A DNA stretch of 64,000 bases from a virus (taxonomy: Duplodnaviria; Caudoviricetes). A program made the position numbers and the translations under genes. This document shows positions 54,649-64,000 of the stretch, piece by piece. Each line of letters opens with the position of its first letter. Positions within the stretch are counted from its first letter, which is position 1. Below the pieces are notes generated by a model that saw only the letters and a program-made list of their open reading frames with translations, made no database searches and had not been told where the DNA came from. Location: the IMG/VR virus record IMGVR_UViG_3300037249_000541, positions 42,382 through 106,381 of that record. One strand, given 5' to 3'.

Positions 54649-57600
54649 CTATTGCAAAAAGTTTCCAACAGCTTCTTCTGCATTTAAGTTTCCATACATT
54701 GTATGGAAGAATGGATTTACAACCTTATTCCCAAACAAATACTTAAATCCATAAGAATGACCTTTCATTTTTCCTCTTTTAACTTCCTCGAACCAATTGG
54801 GAATCCATAAGGCTTTCCAAGTATCAAGCAAATTTGTTAATGTATTAACCATTGGAAATGGAGATTTAAACAAACGAACAGATTCTCCAACTATTGAAAA
54901 TGGTGTCAATGCACCTAATTCAGACTGCAATCTTATAGATTGATACATCAACATATTGTATGCCCAATCTTCAAAATTATCATCATCATCGCCACCATCC
55001 CAATCTGCCATTAAATTAACCATGCATACAGAAACAAATGTGGATATTTCTATTAAAACTTTTTTACAGTTGGCTTTTTCTTCTTCACTCATAGAATCCC
55101 AATGGACTCCAATATTAAATTTAAATTCTTTTAAATCTTCACATAATGCGACTACAAAATTAGCACAAGAACGATAATATCCTTCTTCCCATTCTTCTGT
55201 ATCATAATTAAAATCAAGTTTGCTGAATCTTTTTGTATAAGATTTCCATATCCATTTTCTAAATAAATAAGCAGCTCTACCTATTGCATATCTCTGAATC
55301 AAGTTAGCATCTATTTTATTATATATACCATGCATACCTTGATTTATTGATGCTATTCTTGTTTGTATTCTAATAATATCATTGGAAGTAAAGGCTGTGC
55401 CATCCATTTTTGTCAATCCATCTTTTACCTTTAATCTTGCTCCTAATCCTTTATTTGTATTAGAATATGAACCATCTTCTTGTATATATTCAACTTCAAG
55501 AGCATCCCATAGATTATATACATTACCTTTTGCGTCTTTAAGTTTTGTTTGATGAGCGACAGACAATGCAGTTCTGTGCGACATATTATGTTCACCAGCA
55601 TCTTGAAGAAACATCATTGCTTCACCAGCCTTCACCCTACTGAATTTAGTTTTTTTATCCCATTCAAGGTTGTTAAATCCGTCCTTATCAAATTCCTGAC
55701 CAACATCAAACATCTCGGTAAATAGAGATAATTTATCATCTTTGATTCTATTTCCAAGATTTCCAAGCATAGGAATTAAATTCATTGCATAAGTGGCGTC
55801 GGCCCAAGCCAAATCAGCAGGAGTAAAGAACCTTTTAGAAAATGTCTCTATATTCATCATTGCATAACCAGTAGCAAGGTTTGAAAGACCATTTAATAAT
55901 GAAAATGACATAGATGCTCTTGCTGTCCACGCATTAAGCTTGTCAACAGCTTTTGTTAATGACACCTTTCCTATTTGTTTATCATCTTTATAAAAGCGAG
56001 CATATACAGCCATATCAAGATACCCATCAAACCTTTTGTATAAATTAGACTTACCATTATCTATGTATGTGGTTTGTACTCCTTGTGCATTATTATTATT
56101 TGTAATTTCATTAGCAACAGCCTCTTCATTCTGCATCTTCTTTTTAAACCAAGATATAACAGGTATTCCATTATCTTCAATTGGTATCTCTCTTTGCTTC
56201 AATACATTTCTCGTTAATTCAAGCTGATTAATAATTTTATTCATTTCAGAATACTCTATCGCCTTAGCAGCATAAGCAGCCAATGTTGAAACTGCATCTT
56301 CTGATACGTCATCCAAGGATGTCAAATCATCAAAATTAATATTATTGTAATATATTGGCAATATTTTAATCTCTTCACCATCCATATTAGTAAATGCAGT
56401 TTTAAAACCAGCCATATTATCCTCATCTTCTTGTGTCCTATTCATCCATTCGTCTTTAATAGACTCTTTGAATGTTTTCATAGCAGCAGGAAGACTACCA
56501 GAATCTTTAAGCCTTTCTAATGTATCTTTGCGAATATTTATAATTTGTCCTTCCTTAACGGTATATGGAGGATACATTCTGTCAAACTTATCTTTATTTT
56601 TCATAAAGAACGTATAAAATCTTGCCTTTGCAGGATTTTTCATTATTTCAACATACTCTTTTGAACCTTTTTTTACATACATACCAGTTTTGTATTCGCG
56701 GCCAAAGTATTCACGCTCATACATCCATTTAGTATCCTTTATGCCAGCTTGCTCAAGTAATGCTGCTTCTTTTTTTAGTTGATTTACAAATTCAATAGCT
56801 TTTAACCTTGCTATATTTTTATGTTGCTTAACTATTTTATCACTAAGTCTTAATACTCTATCTGGTGCATCTCTCATTGCATCAAGCAATCTTTCAACAC
56901 CCCACATATCTCTATCTGCACGAGATAGTTTGTCTTCAATATTAACAATCTTACCCTTCTCTTTCCCCCAAGGTATTTTCTGAGCTTTTTCAACTTCATA
57001 TTCTTTCATAAAAGAAGACACAACCTTTTTCTGTTCAAGGTCAACTTTTAATCTTAACTGCTTATACAAAACTGAAAATATACCATTAAGTTCTTCATAA
57101 CCAGTTTTAGGACTAAGTTTTAATGAATCTTTATATGCTTGCATAAGCTCATACATAACAATACCTCTTGACTCTTTGAACTCTTCTCCATTTGAATCAA
57201 ATTCTTTTGCAAGAGTAACCATATTTTTAGGTAAGACTCTTGGCCTTTTAATCTTTTTCCTATTATTCTTAATGGCCTCTCTTCTTGCTTCCCTTCTTAA
57301 TCTATTTGTCTCAGCTTTTGCATATTCTTTCTCAGCTTCCGTTATAAGTTTTTCAAGATTGCCAACTATTTCATTTTGATTAAAGAATAGCGACTCTATG
57401 TTCTTTTCAAGGACAGTAGATATTTGATTATACATTTGAAGCTCAAGGTCTATTTCCCTTAGCACTTGCGCTCTTTGTGCATCATTAATAGTAGGTTGAC
57501 TTACTTGCTCTTTATATTTCTTAATTTTGTATTGCAAATTATTATAATACATAAATATTGCAGTTTCAAAATTATTTTCTTCATAAAGTTCTTTTATTTC

Positions 57601-58869
57601 ATTCAAAACCTTCCATCTGTCATCCAAATCTTCAGGATTTGTAGATATATTAGTCTTTTGAAATATTGCAAGTTGTTGTTGTTCGTAATTAATTATGCTT
57701 TCTATAAGAATAATTGCAGCCTTTTTGGTACTATTAGCAACATTATATCTATCACCCATCTTTTTTATTACATCGGCAATATTTATTAAATATTCATCTT
57801 CTTCTGGTTTTTGTGTAAGTAAATCTTTAGGTGCTACCTTCTTGTCATACTCAGGAGACTGTATATCATTCCATCTCTTTTTAAGATTATCGGCAAAAGT
57901 ATTAATCTTATTTTTCAAATACTCTTCCTTGCTCTTATCTTTCAAAAACTCATAAGAAACATTGCCAGCTATAGTTTTTGCAACTATTGTATCAAGGATA
58001 AGATTTGTATACTTAGCTTTATTTTCATCATATTCTTGCTCGTTAAATTCTATACCCTCTTGTTCACAAAAACCTTTTACTATATCCTTTGTAAAATCAT
58101 TAGCAATATTAAATATACGTTTATTTAGTTCAGATGAAGCATCTATTTTTCTTATATTCATACTTGGTGATATACCATTATTAATTTCATGCTTAACCTG
58201 ATTTAAAAGACCTGTTATAAAATGTGGATTAAATGTTGCTATTTCATCAACACTATCTGGTATTTGATTTACACATTTCCATAATAAGTCAGTGACAACA
58301 GATTCGTTTAAAATTCCATTTGTCAACATATCATCAACACTTTGCAAATCTTCACTAAATTCTCTAAGGTTAAGATTCCATAAAGAGCTACTGCTATTTA
58401 CTTCATAAACAATATACTTTAAAACAGATTCGTCTTTTTCCTTTGACCTGACTATTGCAACTCTATAATACTGAGAACCATCAGTTGCTTTTGTCAACTC
58501 CTCATTCATCTTAATTGCGTTTGCGACAGCATCTGAAATAGATTTTCTATCTATATCAATAACCTTGCTTGTTATTTTATTGCGAGATAATATTGATTTA
58601 GATATCTTTTGTTGTGATATATACTTAGCAAGACCGCATTTATATAATGATTGAATAGTCGGTTCACCATTTTCGTCAAAATCAAGTTCGTCATACATAG
58701 GTTCTTGTTTAAACTCTTCTGATTTGAAGAGGTTGTACAGATTATCTATATTAAAATCACGTATGACCTTTTGCATATCCTTATATAATTTACTTTCTAC
58801 GGAAGTACCATCTTCACGCTGAATAACAGGTACACCCCTGTTGTCTATTGAGCAACTTTGTCCAATCAT
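54649..58869 (-). CDS. giant virion cargo / ejection protein
   Basis: 1406 aa, helical, HG.Y...D...FRKW...RF...EEG.Y crAss-like motifs, hydrophobic C-terminal segment; downstream of RNAP. Confidence 0.7.
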   Translation of the reverse strand: MIGQSCSIDNRGVPVIQREDGTSVESKLYKDMQKVIRDFNIDNLYNLFKSEEFKQEPMYDELDFDENGEPTIQSLYKCGLAKYISQQKISKSILSRNKITSKVIDIDRKSISDAVANAIKMNEELTKATDGSQYYRVAIVRSKEKDESVLKYIVYEVNSSSSLWNLNLREFSEDLQSVDDMLTNGILNESVVTDLLWKCVNQIPDSVDEIATFNPHFITGLLNQVKHEINNGISPSMNIRKIDASSELNKRIFNIANDFTKDIVKGFCEQEGIEFNEQEYDENKAKYTNLILDTIVAKTIAGNVSYEFLKDKSKEEYLKNKINTFADNLKKRWNDIQSPEYDKKVAPKDLLTQKPEEDEYLINIADVIKKMGDRYNVANSTKKAAIILIESIINYEQQQLAIFQKTNISTNPEDLDDRWKVLNEIKELYEENNFETAIFMYYNNLQYKIKKYKEQVSQPTINDAQRAQVLREIDLELQMYNQISTVLEKNIESLFFNQNEIVGNLEKLITEAEKEYAKAETNRLRREARREAIKNNRKKIKRPRVLPKNMVTLAKEFDSNGEEFKESRGIVMYELMQAYKDSLKLSPKTGYEELNGIFSVLYKQLRLKVDLEQKKVVSSFMKEYEVEKAQKIPWGKEKGKIVNIEDKLSRADRDMWGVERLLDAMRDAPDRVLRLSDKIVKQHKNIARLKAIEFVNQLKKEAALLEQAGIKDTKWMYEREYFGREYKTGMYVKKGSKEYVEIMKNPAKARFYTFFMKNKDKFDRMYPPYTVKEGQIINIRKDTLERLKDSGSLPAAMKTFKESIKDEWMNRTQEDEDNMAGFKTAFTNMDGEEIKILPIYYNNINFDDLTSLDDVSEDAVSTLAAYAAKAIEYSEMNKIINQLELTRNVLKQREIPIEDNGIPVISWFKKKMQNEEAVANEITNNNNAQGVQTTYIDNGKSNLYKRFDGYLDMAVYARFYKDDKQIGKVSLTKAVDKLNAWTARASMSFSLLNGLSNLATGYAMMNIETFSKRFFTPADLAWADATYAMNLIPMLGNLGNRIKDDKLSLFTEMFDVGQEFDKDGFNNLEWDKKTKFSRVKAGEAMMFLQDAGEHNMSHRTALSVAHQTKLKDAKGNVYNLWDALEVEYIQEDGSYSNTNKGLGARLKVKDGLTKMDGTAFTSNDIIRIQTRIASINQGMHGIYNKIDANLIQRYAIGRAAYLFRKWIWKSYTKRFSKLDFNYDTEEWEEGYYRSCANFVVALCEDLKEFKFNIGVHWDSMSEEEKANCKKVLIEISTFVSVCMVNLMADWDGGDDDDNFEDWAYNMLMYQSIRLQSELGALTPFSIVGESVRLFKSPFPMVNTLTNLLDTWKALWIPNWFEEVKRGKMKGHSYGFKYLFGNKVVNPFFHTMYGNLNAEEAVGNFLQ

Positions 58870-58870
58870 T

Positions 58871-61800
58871 TTAACACCAAGTTTTATTTAATATTGTTAA
58901 CGTTTTATTTATATACTTGTCAATTATTGTTTTGTCTGAATTTTTAATTTCATCTAAAACATCATCAAGTTCTTTCACCATAGATTCATATACTTTACTG
59001 TCTACAAAGTTTGCACTTGTAGAGGGCAAAAATATGTTCTTATTGGCATTGAAACCATAGACTGTAAATTCGTTGTTTTTGTTATTGCATATTATTGATT
59101 TACTTGTTCCTGTATAAGCGTTTGTGTAATATACAATGGTTCTATCATCATCTCTATCATCTTTTGTAAAATAATACATCTGACCTTCTCTTACTGGTGA
59201 ATTTTTATAATGATAAGGAAGTACATCTGGATTATTTTTAATAAACTGTGACACAAATGATGTAACATCTTCGTTACTATTGCAAGATTTCATGATTGCA
59301 TCTTCATATCCTTCTATAAAATGCCTAAAATCAGGTGCAAGATGGCCAAACCCATCAGGAGCAAATCTAAATGCGCTTCTATAAAATGAATATCTTAGTA
59401 AATTCATACCAAGAACTTTCACTTTTGGATAATTGCTATTTAATAAATCAGCCCAAGCGTTTGTAATACTTTCTTTAAAATCGTTTTCAAGATTACCAGC
59501 ATCAGGAAGTACAACAATGCCATTCTGATTTAACTGCAACGACTTTAATAAAACATTTTCCTTTAATTCAGGATATTCAACCATTGCAATTTTTATCCAA
59601 TTCCACATATTTTCTTTAACGGTCTTGACTTTAGTTTCTATCGAAACAAATCCATTATTTGTAAATTCATATCCAAAAAATGGAAGCTTGCATAATGTAT
59701 ATTTTATATATTCAAAAGCCATTCTTTTTAAGAAGTCATCATTTAAATATCCCCAGTCAGAAACTTGCGCGAATCTATTACAGCAGCTTAAGAAAAAGTC
59801 ACTGAACACAGGTAATTTACCTTTAAAAAAGTATGGTAACGATTGCAATGCGAATGTTGTTTGACCTTGAACATACCCAGATATTGACTCGTTGAGCAAT
59901 TCCATAATCTGAGGTTTTATAGCTTTTAGATTTGCACCATACGGTACTTGTATATTACGTATTATTCCAGCACAATTAACAAGAGATGTCTTATCACTTT
60001 CAATTCTGTTTGATACATAATTTATCTTTTGATTTTTTGATATATTCTCAGCCATAGATGCACCAACGCTTCCAGAGGTAGAATCAGCTCTTGATATGCT
60101 TGCTATATCATTTAAATCTTGACCTACAACAAACATCTTATATAATGCAAATAAAACTTTTTGCGGGTCTTCTGTTCCAGCAATCATAGCATCAGTTGAT
60201 AACGATAAATCATCATTGGTTTTATTGACTTTTATTTCGTTCTTATCATTTATACTTAAATATTTGAATGCACTCTTCTTTTTTATATCCAAATAGCCAC
60301 TACTATTATATTCTGTTGTAAATCTTTCTAATATCTTCGTAGCAAGTATTTGAGGTGATATAAACTGATTTTCAAGTTCTTTGAATATCCTCTTAACTTC
60401 TGGATGGTTCATAAAAACACCTATTGTGAGAGGGTCGTATCCAAGTCTTGCCATTGCAACAGCAACATTTACAGATTCTCTATTTATACCAAGATAGGCA
60501 AGAACAGGGTCTTTTGTATTATCAGCAGCAGCTGTAATCCATTCTTCTATTGTTTTTGTAGCAAGAACAAAATGCTCTGAATCATATTTAATCATATCAT
60601 TACTCAATGATGTGAATGTACGACCATCTATCGTAACAGAGTACTCTGGCTTTATTCCAGCAGAAGTATGTTGCATAAGAGCTTGTGCTGTATTGTTTAC
60701 AGCCATAATACCAAGTAGCTCCTTGCCACGAGTATTTGCTATAAAGAACCTTAATTGATTGTATATAGACATTCTATTGGACGTTTGATTAAGTATATCA
60801 CCTAAGTCATCAACATCCATATTTTTTAAATATCTAAACAAATCAAGTTTTGTTGCATTTTCATTACCAGTTTCTTCTTTATATATCTTATCTACAACTT
60901 TCAAATATTCGTCATCACTAATCAAAGCTGATATATATGCAGCTTTCTTTGACCTCTCGTAATTTGATGGAGATACTTCCTCGCCAGCAGATGCAGGATG
61001 TTCAAGAACAACCCAAATACAATCAAGTATACAGTTGTTTACCTGTGCTTCATTCCAAAGATGAAGAGGTTTATTAAAATCGTACATAACATATTCAGGA
61101 TAACCATCTTCATTCATCTTAAACGAATATCTATATATGTATAATTTATCAACATCATAATCCGAGCCAGCTATTTGAGTAATTTCAGCTGGTAACATTA
61201 CTGATGAACCATTATTACCTTCTATAAATCCTACACATTTCAAATGCTGAATAGAATGTTTTGCTTCTGTTGGAATACGAATACCAATGACTCTCAATAA
61301 TTTATCAGCAGTAATCTTATTAATTTTGCCTTCTTTTACAAGGTCATATAATTTACTTATTGACAAACAACCATCGTCATCCATAACTTTTTCATACAGG
61401 CTTTTGAAAGCTACTGGCAACCTACATTCCCAATATGCTATATTATGTTCTATATGAACTTCGCCAGTTTCCTTATCAACAACCTTTCTATCGGCATAAA
61501 CTATATGCAAATCATGCGCGAATACTGGTGAAACTTGAATACAAGTACCACCTTCAAGTTCCATCTCATTAACTTCTGTTCTTATCAAAGCATTAAGTAT
61601 AGAATCAATTTGACCATATACAATTGGGTCTCCGAGCATATTTAAATTACCATTTTTATCTTTACTTCTAATGGCATTTATAAGAGCTGATGTATATTTT
61701 GAGTTTCCTCTCATAGTATCAAGTAAGAAATTCTCCAAATCTTTTGGATTCTTTATCTTGCTTTTTAATTTGTCAAAATGTATAAGCATCTTTGAATTTA

Positions 61801-64000
61801 GAAGCTCATTTAACTTCTTATAAATTTGCTGACCATTCATTTTGTTTTTACCAACTGTATAATCATCAGCATTGTTATTTATAGTTATAAGCCTTAACAA
61901 CTGAGTACCTATTCTTTGTTTTTTACCAGCATAATGCTCAGGCGTTGAAGTTATTATTCCATATTCACTATAAGGTATTAAATGTATAACTTCTGGATTT
62001 AAAGACCTCATAACACGCTCTTCTGTCTCCTCAAAAGTTTCGTTTTCGGCTGGTTTTTCTATATTTGTAGCCTTATACATATAACTCAATGCAGTATTAT
62101 AAACACGAGCAATTTCTCTTTTTTCAGCCTCTTTATATAGTTCCTTAAATTTTCTATCATATTCTTCTTTTGAACCTTCTTTTGTTTTGTCAATAGTACC
62201 AGCAAGAGCCCTTCTTATTTTCTCTGTATTTACATTAACTTTAAATGTATCATCGTTGAAATCAAGAGGACCTTGAAGACCTACCTTTATTGCAGATTCA
62301 AAATGAACAACATCAATGTTGTTATCTTCCATAAATCTATTAAGAGCAAGTATAATCTGACTATCTTTCTCTGGTAGATTATTTAATTGGGTGTATAGAT
62401 ACAACAGTATAAATTCCGAATTTTTAATTTGGAATCCTACTTTCATTTTTTTATTATCACCTATTTTGGTAGAAACTGGAAGTTGAGTAAATAAGAATGG
62501 CTTTATTGTTTGCAAAGCAGTCTCCATCTCACTTGCAGTAAGTTTCTTACCGTTGATAAGCTTATCAAATATAACACCATGTTCTTCTTCATCCCAAGTT
62601 CCAGACATTGACATTATTGCCCTTAAAGACGAAAAACTTCTGAAAGATTGTGCATCGGAAGCATTTATTTTGCTAAACGCATCCATTAATGCATTTTTAG
62701 TGTCATTATCAAATTTTGATTCCTTTATTATGGCTTTTAATTCTTCAACAAGCCTATCTCTTAATATTCTATCTTTTATTAAGAGATTCTTTGCTGTTTC
62801 TCTTCCATAAGGAGCGGAAGTGTCCATTCTTGCAGTTGCAGCATATATTTGTTTATATCTCTTCTGAAAGTCAACGGCATTTTTATATTGAGCCAAGTCA
62901 GTAACAGTTAACTGAATTATAGATGCGTGAGCATACATATGTTCAGCAGCAAATTCTTCAATCAAACCTATACCTTCTTCGGAGTAAAAATCATATTTAT
63001 CTTTACCCCCTTTCGTCAATACATAACCATAATCTCTTACTTGCTTTAATAATCTGTCCCTATCCCTTCTTATTTCTTGACGAATTATATCACAAACAAC
63101 TGATTTTGCTTCTGCATCATCATCTTTTGAATTAATAAGCTTGTTTACACTATCTTTTGATAAATAATTATTAAGGAATGATACAAATTGAAGCTTATGA
63201 CCTTGACCTTGCTTGGTTTCTATTGACGACAAATCAATCAATCCATCTTGTGTGAATTTTATATCGTCATTATCGTCAAGGTTTGCTATTGGCAATGAAT
63301 AATATGGAATATCAGTAAGTTGAATATCCCTCAAAACTGATGGGTTCTCTATTTTGCCATCTTTATCAAATTTAATTATATTCCTGATATGACTTTCAAA
63401 TTGACCGTTTTTATACCATTTGTAATATTCTGGAATATCCTTTTTAGTTAAGTTAGAGCCAAGAGATTTAATCTTATTAAACTCACTATAAGCTATCATT
63501 CTAAGATTTTCTCTTGTTGCTATCAACTTAATTCTTTCTTTTTCTTGAAGGAATACCTTGAACATTTCTTCAACACAAGCATCGACTCCCCCTCTCTTTT
63601 TAAGTCTTAAAAACTCAAAAGAATTAGCATCAGCCAATATAGGTAGCACAAAATTGGCATATTCATGCATAGTGTCGCTACTTCTGTACCTGAAGAAATT
63701 ATCAAGCACGCAAGCAAGATATTCGCTTTCGGTTAATTTTGCATAGCCTTCCTTGTTAAACGTAAGTGTTATTGTGTGTTTTAAATTCTTATAAACATTT
63801 GGATTTTCACACAATTCTTCAATTACGGAATTATTCCATCCGCCTTTAACAAATACTGCATCATCAAGCTCTTTTGTAGTTGCGTTTGCATTTGATAAAA
63901 AGCTTTTGTTCTTTAAATTTGATATGAACTTATTTACACTATTTTCGGTAAGTCTATTATCTCTATTTCTTAATTTTGATATTAAATTATTTATCTCCTT
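58871..64000 (-). CDS. virion-packaged DNA-dependent RNA polymerase (5' end beyond the window)
   Basis: DF.KR, DAQS, KP, K.SE, SA.KVG, GTQ, GIRIPT..K.S and catalytic GSDYDVDK; frame stays open to 64000. Confidence 0.9.
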   Translation of the reverse strand, partial: KEINNLISKLRNRDNRLTENSVNKFISNLKNKSFLSNANATTKELDDAVFVKGGWNNSVIEELCENPNVYKNLKHTITLTFNKEGYAKLTESEYLACVLDNFFRYRSSDTMHEYANFVLPILADANSFEFLRLKKRGGVDACVEEMFKVFLQEKERIKLIATRENLRMIAYSEFNKIKSLGSNLTKKDIPEYYKWYKNGQFESHIRNIIKFDKDGKIENPSVLRDIQLTDIPYYSLPIANLDDNDDIKFTQDGLIDLSSIETKQGQGHKLQFVSFLNNYLSKDSVNKLINSKDDDAEAKSVVCDIIRQEIRRDRDRLLKQVRDYGYVLTKGGKDKYDFYSEEGIGLIEEFAAEHMYAHASIIQLTVTDLAQYKNAVDFQKRYKQIYAATARMDTSAPYGRETAKNLLIKDRILRDRLVEELKAIIKESKFDNDTKNALMDAFSKINASDAQSFRSFSSLRAIMSMSGTWDEEEHGVIFDKLINGKKLTASEMETALQTIKPFLFTQLPVSTKIGDNKKMKVGFQIKNSEFILLYLYTQLNNLPEKDSQIILALNRFMEDNNIDVVHFESAIKVGLQGPLDFNDDTFKVNVNTEKIRRALAGTIDKTKEGSKEEYDRKFKELYKEAEKREIARVYNTALSYMYKATNIEKPAENETFEETEERVMRSLNPEVIHLIPYSEYGIITSTPEHYAGKKQRIGTQLLRLITINNNADDYTVGKNKMNGQQIYKKLNELLNSKMLIHFDKLKSKIKNPKDLENFLLDTMRGNSKYTSALINAIRSKDKNGNLNMLGDPIVYGQIDSILNALIRTEVNEMELEGGTCIQVSPVFAHDLHIVYADRKVVDKETGEVHIEHNIAYWECRLPVAFKSLYEKVMDDDGCLSISKLYDLVKEGKINKITADKLLRVIGIRIPTEAKHSIQHLKCVGFIEGNNGSSVMLPAEITQIAGSDYDVDKLYIYRYSFKMNEDGYPEYVMYDFNKPLHLWNEAQVNNCILDCIWVVLEHPASAGEEVSPSNYERSKKAAYISALISDDEYLKVVDKIYKEETGNENATKLDLFRYLKNMDVDDLGDILNQTSNRMSIYNQLRFFIANTRGKELLGIMAVNNTAQALMQHTSAGIKPEYSVTIDGRTFTSLSNDMIKYDSEHFVLATKTIEEWITAAADNTKDPVLAYLGINRESVNVAVAMARLGYDPLTIGVFMNHPEVKRIFKELENQFISPQILATKILERFTTEYNSSGYLDIKKKSAFKYLSINDKNEIKVNKTNDDLSLSTDAMIAGTEDPQKVLFALYKMFVVGQDLNDIASISRADSTSGSVGASMAENISKNQKINYVSNRIESDKTSLVNCAGIIRNIQVPYGANLKAIKPQIMELLNESISGYVQGQTTFALQSLPYFFKGKLPVFSDFFLSCCNRFAQVSDWGYLNDDFLKRMAFEYIKYTLCKLPFFGYEFTNNGFVSIETKVKTVKENMWNWIKIAMVEYPELKENVLLKSLQLNQNGIVVLPDAGNLENDFKESITNAWADLLNSNYPKVKVLGMNLLRYSFYRSAFRFAPDGFGHLAPDFRHFIEGYEDAIMKSCNSNEDVTSFVSQFIKNNPDVLPYHYKNSPVREGQMYYFTKDDRDDDRTIVYYTNAYTGTSKSIICNNKNNEFTVYGFNANKNIFLPSTSANFVDSKVYESMVKELDDVLDEIKNSDKTIIDKYINKTLTILNKTWC

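Noticed and set aside
1-64000. Stop-codon reassignment as seen in some crAss phages
   Set aside because: Long genes are intact in code 11 and no CTA or TCA suppressor tRNA was found; the plus-strand TTCA in element A reads TGAA on the transcribed strand

Overview
Segment of a crAss-like (Crassvirales) Bacteroidetes phage genome in the standard genetic code. From 1 to about 49.4 kb, genes lie on the minus strand: tail-fibre genes, portal, terminase large subunit, ThyX, GroES-like, a first tRNA cluster (15.0-18.3 kb), dUTPase, family B DNA polymerase, RecE-like nuclease, primase, SSB, Sak4-like ATPase and DnaB-like helicase. A divergent control region (49.4-51.3 kb) is followed by short plus-strand genes, then convergent giant virion genes including the virion RNA polymerase (truncated by the window). 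The main discovery is at 39.4-48.1 kb. About 15 small RNAs share one covarying helix, GNYRCTYACAA...RAGYRNC, fused in different topologies to whole tRNAs, partial tRNAs or lone anticodon stem-loops. They lie next to a TROVE/DUF2828-like vWA protein whose own start codon is enclosed by the same helix, and an RNA ligase. This looks like a phage Ro60/Y-RNA-like tRNA-mimic, decoy or repair system. Also notable: a complete Ubl-E2-JAB-E1 operon, two candidate large structured RNAs, permuted and minimal tRNA-like RNAs, a stand-alone capsid-domain-like gene and a four-copy divergent motif in the control region. All calls come from manual reading; no database searches or folding programs were run.
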